From Paraphysomonas bandaiensis (taxonomy: Eukaryota; Protista; Chrysophyceae): 64,000 bases of DNA. Location: contig CBFFRP010000431.1 of the NCBI GenBank assembly GCA_965644295.1, forward strand, positions 310,001-374,000, in the 5' to 3' direction. The translations under genes and the position numbers were made by a program. The notes under the pieces were generated by a model. That model searched no databases and was not told the origin of the DNA. It saw only the letters and a list, made by a program, of their open reading frames with translations. Below, one piece after another: positions 36,891-48,747 of this stretch (position 1 is its first letter; each line of letters begins with the position of its first letter).

Positions 36891-38045
36891 TTACGCGGCA
36901 TTGTCGGCGGCAGTGTCGGGCATAGTGAATATCGGGTTGGTGGTGAGACGGGTCGTAATATAAGCGAAAGCCTCCTCAACAGAGTCGGTGAAGAACAGGT
37001 CTTCGTAGTCCTTTCGGGACACAACACCATACCCAACAATGGCCTATGTTTGGATCATATTAACGCATCATACCATATCAATGACAAGTTATTACCTCCC
37101 AGTTAATGACGGTCCTCCAGTAAGTGGAATCGAAAAGCACAACGGGGAGGTCGCTCTGAACCTTTCCAGTCTGCTTGAGGGTAAGCACCTCGAACAGCTC
37201 GTCCATAGTGCCTACACCACCGGGGGCCACAACAAGTGCCTGGCAATAGTACATCATCCAGAACTTCCTAGTAAAGAAGTAATGGTATTGGAAGGCCAGC
37301 TCATCAGTAACGAAGCGGTTAATACCCTCCTCGAAAGGAAGAGAAATAGCCATACCAATATTCTTGGCGTTCGGGACCATAGCCGCACCCATATTAGCCG
37401 CTTCCATGAATCCCGGTCCGCCACCGGTACAGATTACGAAAGTCTGTCCATCATCTGAGTCCTCCTGCCCTTCCTCCACCTGACCGGTGTATCGGGTAAC
37501 ACCAGCAATGCGGCGCCCTTGAGCAAGCTTGATGCCTGATGTGCTGGACCACTCAGTAAGACGACGGGAGAGTTCCACAACCTTGTCAAAAACAGCGCAC
37601 ATCCACTGGCCAGCCTTTACGCGTTCGAGTTGACCGTCAATAACGGCCACTTCAGGGTCATCCTTTGCCAGTGAAGCTTTCTTGGCCTATAATAGAATGT
37701 AAGAGTGTAATACAAATAAAATTTAGTATACTAACCTCTAGATCAGTAAGAGCAGTCTCATATTGAGCAGTGGATTTAGCTCTTGCAGAGCCAAAGAAAA
37801 GAACAGTGGCTAAAACGATATTATTTAATATATTAGTAAACAAACAATTAGTTTATATAATACAACTTACCATGTACACCTTCATTCTTTAATCTCCATT
37901 TAGTTTCTTCCAATTCACACATAATTCTGATATTTCTAGCTTTGCTAGAGTTAAGAAATGCAGGGTTCTTATAGGCTTTAGTAACAGGGGTTGACTTCTT
38001 CTCATAATAAGCTGAGAGATTGTTAACTGCTTTACCACCTTCCAT
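36891..38045 (-). CDS. LOG-family (Lonely Guy / 'lysine decarboxylase-like') nucleotide phosphoribohydrolase; exons 38045-37871, 37809-37736, 37686-37096, 37043-36891
   Basis: Spliced product has ATVLFFGSAR, ICTGGGPGFMEAAN, ISLPFEE, YHYFFTRKFW and APGGVGTMDELFEVLT (PGGxGTxDE). Three GT-AG introns restore a continuous frame ending at TAA 36893-36891. Confidence 0.9.
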
Positions 38046-38315
38046 GTTTGTTAATTGTAAAATACGATATTAGTATGTACTTTATATATATTCATATATA
38101 ATGATAGAGAGAGTGTGGAGTATATTGCTATGTATGTTGTGGAGGTATCTCAGCCATGCAGTTTATCCACAACATCCACAACATACCCAACTACGTATCT
38201 ATGTGGAAAAAAACACAATCCAATCCAATCTCATCCTCTAATTGTATCGTAGCCATCCCATATGTTGAGATCTGTTTCAGTTGTTGTGTATATTGTATAC
38301 CATATAGGAAACTTG

Positions 38316-38519
38316 TATGTACCGGTCCGGTAAATATATAAGTGAGGTTTATGTGTGTAGATCAAAAAACGCCGATTGTCCCATTTATACCTTTCTTTAT
38401 CCTACAAAAAAAACTGCTGTATGTACCAGTCCGGTAATTCGTGGATAGGGTTGATTTGTGTATGTATGTATGTATGTGTATGTGTGTGTGTTGCTCAAGA
38501 AACGCCGATTGTCCCATTT
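38316..38519. promoter_or_regulatory. Divergent promoter region (LOG / URB2) with duplicated motifs
   Basis: aaacgccgattgtcccattt occurs at 38367 and 38500; gtatgtacc(g/a)gtccggtaa at 38316 and 38419; a (TATG)n tract lies between them. Confidence 0.55.
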
Positions 38520-38657
38520 GTTAGAGACATGAATGGTTGAATATGACGGTGTTTTTGTAGTGTTATATATGCAAGAAGTTCACATGCTTGTGTTATATAT
38601 GAGGTGGAACAAGTTTGGTTGCAATTATTAAGTCCCATACTCAATATTATTCTATAG

Positions 38658-41600
38658 ATGTCACTTACTGATGTACCCATATCTGGCCTTTCTGCCGAAA
38701 AGGTCATACAGCATCAGTTGCAAAATTCTGTGCATAAAACAGCCAAAACAGTATGGAACGATTTTGTTACATATATTGACGATGAAAGCAAAGCTGATTG
38801 TGGCGATTCCATCATTAACATGATTCATGAGGTTGTAAAATCAATTGAAGTGATACCTGGAGATGATTTTAGCTATTCAAATGCATTTAAATCTTCACCT
38901 TTTGCTGTTGACTTACTCAGATTTTCAGCTGTATATTTTTACTTTTATCGTACAACACATCGCGAATGTGAGATACCAATAGTGCAACGAGTTGTTAACA
39001 CCTGCATAGAAGTATTAGAGTATGATAGGATGGAGAAAAGTTTCGATACTTTAGCATCTTCCTTACAAAAGCTGTTGAACTGTCTGTGGAGATACCCCAG
39101 TGCAGTTAATAACAAAGACTATGTATTTTTTTTGACAGGGCTTGTTTCCTTGGTAACACGCCTAACTTCAACCTATGGGAATCACAAAAAATTGTTTGTG
39201 TATGGCACAGGGACGTTTCTCGGGCCCTGCTTATCGGTGTATGCGATTATTGGCGAGACAGCTGGTGCCCAACCTACAGAGCCACTTCTTTCTCTGGAGA
39301 AGGCCTTGGACTCACTCTTAAACCATTCTCTGTTTGCTAGTGAACATAATCTGGATGAGCTTATAACTGTCCCGCTAGAACGCCTTGCGGGTGATACTGT
39401 ATCGCATAATGCGGGCGAGACCGCTGGTAAGAAGCGGAAGCGAGGTGATACCAGATCGGGTGCTCACACATCATACCATGCGGGAATTTATTCGTCCATC
39501 GTGGAGTGGGTCGACCGCCAAGTGCCACCGCACGGAGATACATCTTGTCAGGCAGTTGCGGAGGCTGTCGCTCGGGTGCTACGAGTTTTCATAGGATCTT
39601 CGAAACATGCTGCCAGCGAGGCCGAAGTTTCCGGAGTAACTTTTGTACAGCGGTGGCGCACGCACATCAAGCGTACACTGCACTTTGGCCTTGGTGTTGT
39701 GCTATCTCTCAATGCTGCTAATCCTTCTGGTACTACTTCGACACGCCGCTACGTATCGTTGCTCTGTCGGAACGTGGCACTGCAGTGCATGGATGGTGGA
39801 CTCGCAGGAGGTGCGGAGGGAACAGGTGGTGGTATTCCACAACACGAATCTCTCACTCCTTATGTGGCCCGCCTTCGGACCCTTGGAGAAACTTCTATTG
39901 TTACATCTATAGAGCTATTGACACAAAACTCTGCCTTGCTTCAGAACTTAGATGAAAATTTAGATGAGTTAGAGCTCAATTTTAGATGCCTCAGTGCCGA
40001 GGTGGTGTTTTTAACGTCACTATTGGCCCTTGACTGCCGCAGTTTACAAGACGATTCATTGTCTTTTGTCCTTCGAATTATATGTCGTATATCGGATATA
40101 GCTGTATCTCGAAACTTGTTATTGCACCCGTCTTTGTGCGGTAGTGTTCAGATGCTTGTCAGAGATATCCGCATTTTATACCTTGGGCTGGTCAATCTCT
40201 ATGGTGAATTAAGAAGGTCAGTATCGTACTTTTTTCCTATTTTTTATATAACACTCTCTACCAGACTAGACACGCTAATAACTATAACTGTAGCTGCAGT
40301 AGCTAGTACTTTCGCAGACGAGGCCTTTACACAACTGATATCCGATTCCGATATACCTTTCACCCTTGCCGGTTTATTCGGAGCAATGCCACACGGCCAG
40401 AGGAATAGCTGCTGGGAGTCCCTGACTATTGCTGCCACGTCGATCCACATTCCTGCGAACGAACAATATTTTGAAAGTGATCTTGAGAAAAAGGATCAAG
40501 AACCGAAAGGGCCATGTATGTCCGACTGCATATTTGTTGTGTCTCTTCTATTGGAGGCGATTGGACTATCATGTCCTGCTCATGCTCCCATTCCCTGTAC
40601 CGCCCTTTCCACAATTCTTGATCAGGTAGACTACGTATATTTAATATATTATTGGGTTAAGAAATTATTTCTATCTAGACTATCCGGTCATTGGAGTATA
40701 GCATGACGTTAACTCTTAATGATATCCAGAGTAGTAAGAAAACAGGACCTGTGCTAACTGGGGCTGCTCTTACCGCGGCATCTGTGCTAATGCAAATTGC
40801 TTTCAATCATCTTTCTGCATGTGCTTTTGCAGATTCTATTCCGGACTACCCATATGAGATCTCATTGCATAAGCCTATCTCTGTCGACGAGCCACACGTT
40901 ACCATCGAAGATGACATTGACAAACAAGCATCCGAAGTGCTTTGGACTGAATTTTGTGTGATGGCTGCTTCATTTGTAGTGAACGAAAACTTGAAACCTT
41001 TGCAACACGGACGGCAATTTCGTGGGGAAAGCATTTTGGCAGCATCGTTCGGTGTAATTAATGGTATACTGTCTACAGAAAAATACTCCAATGAGGAGCT
41101 TTATAGACTCACAGAGTCAGTAATGCGTTGTGTGTTATCGAGCTTCTCTTTGTTCTCTGTTGTCTCCGTCACTTCATCTCCACTAATGAAATGTTTAAAT
41201 AATTCTAACGGGAAGAGTGTGGAGGTTTGTGACGAGACTGATAAGGTAGCCATGGAACCTGGGCTAGACAACGAAACTGTAGACTGCCTGGAGAGAGCGT
41301 ACTTTGCTTCTAAAAGTGATGTCATGAACACTGCCCTGGATTTGGTTACCAAGCGTGTAGAAGCCTGGAATACATCATTGCTGATACATCTGCCGAAGCT
41401 CACTTCGTTTTTAATGGAAAATTTGCACATATGGGGTTCTCTTATTTCGTGTGCACAATATGTAAGGACGCAGAAGAATATGATGTGTTTATCATATCGT
41501 GTATTGTAGGGAGAAGACGAGTCTGATATCGAGTGCGATTTATCAAGTTCTTCACTGCAGCAGAAAATTCATCTAGCTTGCAAAGCCGTCGCTCACTGTG

Positions 41601-44177
41601 TGCTCAACAGTCATACCTCTCCTAGGTCAGCAGTTATATTTTAATAACGCTTTTCTTTCTGACAACATATTTTTATACAGCATTGCGAACGAATCTCTCA
41701 TACGTATACTTAATGACCCCAGCATTGATGAATTTTCCTTTGTGCCGACAGCAGGTATGAAATACAACGAATTATATTTGTGTTCTGACAATGTATTAAA
41801 TGTAGTGTGCGAGGAAATAGCAAGTGAAGTTGCCGAACAAGTTCGCAACAAGGAATTCAATATTTTGTGTGGTTGGTTGGAGACATTGTCGTCTCTGTCA
41901 CCGGCGATGTTGTGTCATAAGTGGCGCTCTATAGCAACATGCTGTGTTTCTGTGATTCAATTTCATTGCGAAGATAGCACAGGTATAGATTCGAGTACAG
42001 CTCGGTATGCTATATTGCTATTAAACTCTGTACTGCTGCACGTATTTTCTGTGCCCATTGGTGGCGAAGGTGAATCTGAGCTGTTGACGGACATTTTGGG
42101 CTGCTTCCTTTGCTCAAATTCTAATGAGTACTCTTTCGTGAGACTGGTATTGCGTTGTTCTGGTGACTGCTCGTATCATATCCATGAGGGTATCGGAAGT
42201 ATCATTGGCCACATTATACGTAGAACTGTTCAGTATATTATACCTGGTATTGCATATAGTGAAGTTGATATTAGCGATCGGATTTGCAAATTGTTCTGTG
42301 AACTCTTTACCAAACAAAGTTGTATAAACCAGGGGGCATATGTAGCAAGAGATACCATCAATACTGTTGCAATTTTTCTGTTAGACTCACTCGTCGATTG
42401 TCTACGGAGTACCCCTCAGTCATTTGTTGCTGAGCAGTTAGCAAGCGATATCCGACTGTTAGTTGGCCTCTTCAAGTCTTTCGTGGATGCGCTAGCTGAC
42501 AAAGTTGTGATGCTACCTTTTCAAGCTCCCAACTCAGGTACTGTTGACAGTGGTTCCCACATAGATTTATCGCGTTCTGGATTTGAGAGCTGCTTTGAGC
42601 TGCTTCTGAATATAGTACAGTCTAAAAACGAGCCAATAGACTCGGGGGCTGACTACGAAGTGCTCTATATTCTTCTGGCTGATCTATATAAGCTGCTATT
42701 TTTCACAAGTGATGTGAACTCGCGCTTCAATGGCAATGATGAAAGTAGGCCGCCCTTGGATCTCAGCGCGACTACTCACAATGCACTCGACTCTCTGCTG
42801 CTATCGGGATATCGTGGTTCTGGTTGGACATATTTTGTCAGTGTGTGGTTATTGTTGAGTGGCAAAAAATTTCACTCTGGTGGACGATATCTCCATGGCG
42901 ATGCTATTAAGAAAGTTATGATCGGCCTCAAGGATAGCATTACTAACGATGTCAAGTTGGCGTCTAGCCGCCATAGTTTGTCTAGTTTAGTGAGTACCCA
43001 AAGTGTTACCAACCAGTTGGGACAGTTAACATCCGATACAGTGTTCTCATCACACACCTCTTCGGCTTTACATAGTCTGCTTATTGTTACACCCCCACAG
43101 CTGCGGGAGCCACTTGTGGTTATTCCTACACTCAAGTCACTTGGTGTATGTGTCGGAGAGAATGGTCCCAATGTTTTGTTTGCTATTATCACTACCCTTT
43201 TATGTGTTGGCAATTCCGAATGGCGAGATGGGTCTGCTAATCATGCTTGGAAGAATAGTTACAAGAAAACTATAGTTCAATACGCCAGTGGATTGGCAGA
43301 GCGCCTGGTGAGCAATCGCACAGGTGGGTCAGAGGGCAGTTCTGTGAAGGGATATTGTGCAGTGATTGTACGGATGTCGCAACTTCTGCGTGAAGAGCTT
43401 CTGCTATCACAACAATCTCCAGTGCCACATCGTAAGGGTGGGGCTAGGTCTTTGCGTACCCGAATGTCGCGGGATACAGATAATACGGACCGGCAACTGG
43501 AATCTGCGCTTGTAACCTACATATTTGGTTCCTGCGTGTCATTCTTGTGTATATCGTCTTCACGTATTTTATCTCTTCTCCCACCTGCAGACACTGCTGT
43601 CGTATCTGAAAATAGCATTCACGATGTCATTGATGCAGTTGTTAGTCTTGTATATATGTTCATCGACGTATTGTCGTGTGTCACAGTTCCTGTGCTCAAT
43701 TCTAATCTTGGGAGTGTGGTAATCATGTTCAGACACCTAGTGGTACTTGCTATATCTTTGGTGTCTCATGGGTCTAGGGTAGAAGGTGGCAAGGGTGGTG
43801 TGGACGCACTTCGACTCGTCGGTAGAGCTCTTATGGCTTCAGCCTCCTCTAAGCATCTTCAGAAACATGCGCACTTGATCGTTGCCGGGGTTATTGATGC
43901 ACTCAGTGGAGTGTCGACAGGAGCACAGAGTAGCATCAGAGACAGTAATCATGTGGACATTAACAACGATATAACGCAGATTGCTGTCAGTATCAGCAGC
44001 GCGGATGAAATCCTCCGGGAACACCTATTCCCGGGAATATTTGCTCTTTTGGACAAGTGTAGGACCAGTAGACAAAGGAAGCAGATACATGCTGTATTAG
44101 GAGATAGAGCGCGTGCTATATACAGTGATTTGCACAATGTGTATCAGCAGGATTTTAAGTTTATTGGGAAAGCTTAG
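38658..44177 (+). CDS. URB2: URB2/Npa2-family nucleolar pre-ribosomal protein (multi-exon; ORFs 38658-40706, 40691-41509 and 41598-44177 are parts of one gene)
   Basis: C-terminus 'LREHLFPGIFALLDKC...RAIYSDLHNVYQQDFKFIGKA' fits the Urb2/Npa2 C-terminal domain. Large helical protein. Candidate introns near 40217-40265, 40626-40678, 41462-41509, 41625-41680 and 41755-41805 (boundaries approximate). Confidence 0.75.
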
Positions 44178-45274
44178 TGATATGTTTGAATACACTCGAT
44201 ACCGCTTATCTATGATAATAATATATAATATAACATAGAGTACGTATATATATATTGGTAGTTTATGGGAAAAGTTTTTAAATTATCATTTCTCGATGTA
44301 GTTGGAAGTAAAACTTAACACGATGACCTATAAAATTTGAGTCGCCATGTAACACAACAACCAATCTCATTGTAGATGAAACAATAAGTAAATTACTAGT
44401 TATATATTATTAATTAATCAGCTGACAATTATAATTAAAACATACAACTAATATACAGTACCAGCTATTCTTTCACGGAACTTTGCAATAGTGCGGCTTT
44501 CTAACAACTACAGCAAAACCGAGTGGCATTCTATTAAAAGGGTAAGTTGACAGTAAAAGCCGCATGGAATCCACACACACCCCAGGCTGAGCGCTACTGG
44601 ACCGGCCACATTACTGCCATACAATTGGCCGACGCATTCGGACGCCACGTATCCAGCTCACTGCTCGAACATCAGTTCCACGTTCTCGAAAAATCCGTAA
44701 CCTCTATCCTCCTTCCCCTATATGGTGGAGGGCTCCGCATGCTTCGAAACAGAGGTCTCAGACATCACAACACAGACACGGCATCAGTAACACCGATTAC
44801 GACCCCACCACACTCACAGCAACGCCCGTCGCAGGATACTCACCCGACACCAAAAATACTCCAACTACTCCAAGCGACATCCACCCCAAGAATTCTATCC
44901 TCTGCAAGAGTCCGAACCCGACAGAGACAAGCACCACCACTCCGGAAACAACTCCTCCTTACTTGTGGTCGAAATCCCACCTCGACAACCAGCACCATCT
45001 ACACCACCGACTTACACTCTCATATACATCTAGCCCCAACCATCCCCCGTAAAACTCATGATACAGGCCCGGCAGACGCACTGCCCAAAGGCAGACCCCC
45101 CGATTAACCTCACTGCAAGGGACGGTTGAACCATGGTGCTCGCAGCGATGCACAAGCAGTCCCGAGACGGTAGCCCGCCACTAGTAGTATATAGTTATTA
45201 GTTATTCTATAGATGTAAAACTAGTTTCTGTACGCAACCGTTCTCATGTAATAATCAGATATTCTTTCATATTT

Positions 45275-45460
45275 CACTATACACCCATATACTATCTCAC
45301 TATACATCACTATAATATATCACTATACCATCTCACAATACATCACTATACCATATCACCATATTATGCCACTATACTATCTCACTATATATACCACTAT
45401 ACCTTCTCACTATATGCCACTATACTCTCTCACTATACACCCATATACCATCTCACTATC
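45275..45460 (+). repeat. Degenerate tandem repeat of CACTATA/CCATA units
   Basis: About a dozen 'cactata'-like cores in an almost G-free + strand; cactatacacccatata recurs at ~45275 and ~45431. Confidence 0.8.
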
Positions 45461-46374
45461 CAACGACGACCCGGAGGCGGAGGAAGAGATACCACGAAAG
45501 TGCACGAGCAGGGTAAGTAATACTGTTCGTAAAGATGATGACGGACCTGTCGAATCCCAGCAGAAAGCAGATCTGATACCTCCCACTGTTTCTGAACTTC
45601 GTCAGGAAATGATGCCCGGTCTAGCAGAACTTCGTGATCTTTTTATGAGAAGAATTGACGATCCACTACCTGCGGATGATCCTCCACCTACTAGTAATGT
45701 GCCCCCAGCGGCTGTTGCCACGTCGTTTCCGAGCATAGGTACTAATACTACTGTAAGTAGTAGTGGTAAAGATAGCTATATGCAATGTATCCAAAATCAG
45801 GCTATTCGGTTGGAGCGTTTGCAGTCTCAAGCGAGGCAGATGTAGCTACATGAGAATATGATATTACAAAACACAATAGCAGGGCCAACTTGTAACGCAA
45901 TAAATACTGCTAATAACAACTATACTTGCGACTTTTTCTTTATCTTTAACCTCTCAGATACAAATTACAGTAAAATAATAACTCAATACTTAGATATGAA
46001 ACCTGGTGAAATTGCTTTACCAGGTTTTGGTATTACATCGACTTAGTGTTGAGACTGAAGATTCTATATGCTTGCAATAGAGTGCAGTATTCAGTATTAT
46101 ATGAGATGCGGTGTTATAGATATATCTATATGTAATTAGTATATTATATATTGTAGTATGAGACTGAAGTATAAGTTGGTGACTAATATACAGGATACGA
46201 TTACTGAGTGTGTGGTTGGTACATTATAGACGTAAATGATTAGTGTTGAACACACCGAATACAACCTAGGTTCTTTTTCATGTAATGTTATAATTTCAAT
46301 CTTTTATTCAATTGAGAACAGCAAACCTTAGCAAATAATATCAACTTCTGTTTGACAGTGTATTAACTGCTTGT

Positions 46375-46626
46375 GTCACCGCAAGCTCCAAGATGCAACC
46401 ACTTTTGCTCTATCACTCAAAGCTAATACAGCGAGGACGCAGAATGTTGATAAACCTGATATCTTCTGATTTCTAGATTTTTGAGTCCTTAAGGTGAACA
46501 GCCTGGATGCTTGACTTCGGCAGGCAGCCCAATACTCCGGATGCCCATGTTACATTCCATCAACAGCATTCACTACTAGGCAGCCCAATACTCTGGATGC
46601 TCTTGAGGTAGGCCCATTCCCGGATG
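46375..46626 (+). mobile_element. Dispersed repeat copy A (degenerate non-autonomous element)
   Basis: Aligns in inverted orientation to 53278-53472: gcaag..ccaag.tgcaaccacttt.gc.ctatcactcaaagc, gagtcctta, ggatgcttgacttc, ccaatactccggat, cttgaggt.gg.c.attcccggatg. Confidence 0.7.
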
Positions 46627-47253
46627 CTTGACTTCAGCAGGCAGCTCAAAACCCCGGAGAGCAAGCAGAATGTTGATATACTGACATCTGCTGACTTCAG
46701 GTATATCAACATAGCTCAGTGCGTTTGCTTTGAGCACAAGTTAGTTAAATTACATCTGACTCTTGAAACACCTGCATTGGTAATAATAAGACATTCACTA
46801 CTAGAGAGAATATAAATTTACCAAATGACAATCAATTATAAGGGATGTTGATTATAATTTACTAATTGAATATTGAGTGAGTTCAATAAATTAAGTTTAC
46901 CCTTTTGAAATGTCATGTGTTGATATCATACTATTTCAACGAGGATGACGGAAAAAGGCCAACTACTTCATGCATACTTTCCACCTACAAAATGGCCTAA
47001 TTACAGCAATCTGTACTTTTATTACAGTGATTATAAGATTTGAGTTAAGCAGGTTTTGGTGACTACAGAGATTATATTTCATAATTAGTAATGTACTACC
47101 GACATCTGACAGGAGTATTTTGAGTAAATAGTACAATACATAATTTATACTACACCGTAATCAATCCGACTAAACAGTGAGGTAGTGCTAAAACGAATGC
47201 ATATGCTGCAGTTATTATACATTTCGTATCCCTATAGCCCCTATCATTTCAAT

Positions 47254-48207
47254 TCACGGAAGAGGATTCTTGTCGTCTCCAGAGCCGTATGATTCATCGT
47301 CAAAATTCATCACTTCAGTTCTGCATCCCGGTGTCGCTTTAAATATCCATTTCAATGACGCTTCAAATTCCTTCACTTTAGGTACACCTTTGACAATCCA
47401 TTGATGAAGTTCAAGGAATATATTATCGATTCCGCAGAGCAGGTCATGGCGCAAGAGATGGGGTACAAGAAACCACTCCGAACCTTCTACATCAAGCTTC
47501 ATGACCACTTTAGAGTTCTTAGTTTGTCCAGGGCGGACATATACTTCACGCGCTAAAAACGTTGCAATGTCGAGAGCCCCGACAGTGACCTGCTGGGCTG
47601 TGCTTTCCTTCATTTCTTTCTGCCACGCTAGTGTTGACGACCCCCATTCATGATATTTTTCAGCAGCAGCAGTGTCCATGAAAAAGGTTATGTTCCCAGT
47701 GTAATTTGATATCGCTGTCTCAGTGAATATAACAAGGGGAAAAAATGCAGATTTATAAGCACTTTCAATTTCTTTTAATCTTTCAGTCCATTTTGGATTC
47801 GCTTCAAAGCCAAAAGTACATACACGATGACATTTTTCACCACATCCAAAAGTTTTTTGAAAAAATGGTACTAATTTTGCATTACGATAATGATGTGGTT
47901 CATACAATTTTCTTATTTGTATTCCAATATTGGTTCCAATATCTAGATATACATGTTCACACATACCTGAATATAATAATTCTCTTGCTCTACTTAAATC
48001 CATTCTATTTTGTATATTACCAAATCCACGATATCCAGTTTTTCTTCTTAAAATTGATGGTTTATAATAATATTCTTCTTGATTAATTGTTTTATGTGAT
48101 ATGGAATGTGAACGTTTGATATGTTGAGCTGTGTATTGATGATAGAGTGTACATATGATTACATAGAGAAGGATCAGTGAAGATGTATGTATTTTATTAA
48201 TAAACAT
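47254..48207 (-). CDS. FkbM-type SAM-dependent methyltransferase with N-terminal membrane anchor
   Basis: Motif I VYLDIGTNIG, TFGFEANP, VVMKLDVEGSEW, IFLELH; hydrophobic N-terminus suggests a type II membrane or secretory-pathway enzyme. Confidence 0.8.
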   Translation of the reverse strand: MFINKIHTSSLILLYVIICTLYHQYTAQHIKRSHSISHKTINQEEYYYKPSILRRKTGYRGFGNIQNRMDLSRARELLYSGMCEHVYLDIGTNIGIQIRKLYEPHHYRNAKLVPFFQKTFGCGEKCHRVCTFGFEANPKWTERLKEIESAYKSAFFPLVIFTETAISNYTGNITFFMDTAAAEKYHEWGSSTLAWQKEMKESTAQQVTVGALDIATFLAREVYVRPGQTKNSKVVMKLDVEGSEWFLVPHLLRHDLLCGIDNIFLELHQWIVKGVPKVKEFEASLKWIFKATPGCRTEVMNFDDESYGSGDDKNPLP

Positions 48208-48586
48208 GTTTGGTTTATAATGTTAACATAGAAAGTAGTTTATGAATGAATAAGTTGATGAGGAGAATAGTTGAGTTTGATGCTATGGCTGGGCATTAAA
48301 TGGATATGTATATATATATATATGTCTATATGTTGCATGTATGTGTTGTCGTATACACTTATATCATCAAAAAACTGAGTTGAGTTGCTTATTTTCAGGG
48401 TTTTTACATAAAAACGGAGAATAATAATATTGTATTCTATATATTATTAACGGATAATTTCAAACTTCTCTCTATACACTACTTTCATACATAAAACTCA
48501 ATATCATACATATATACGGTACACCTACAGCAGTATATATGTACTGATATATATATATATGTATGTACTGCTGATGTATGTATATC

Positions 48587-48620
<34 letters not shown>

Positions 48621-48747
48621 CTGATGTATGTAGAGTATATACGTACATGATTTCAAATATAATCAAGTTAAAGTCATCAGTTGAGGAGTTTAAAATATTC
48701 CTCCATCACATATACATACATACATACTTATTCTATTATTAAAAGAT

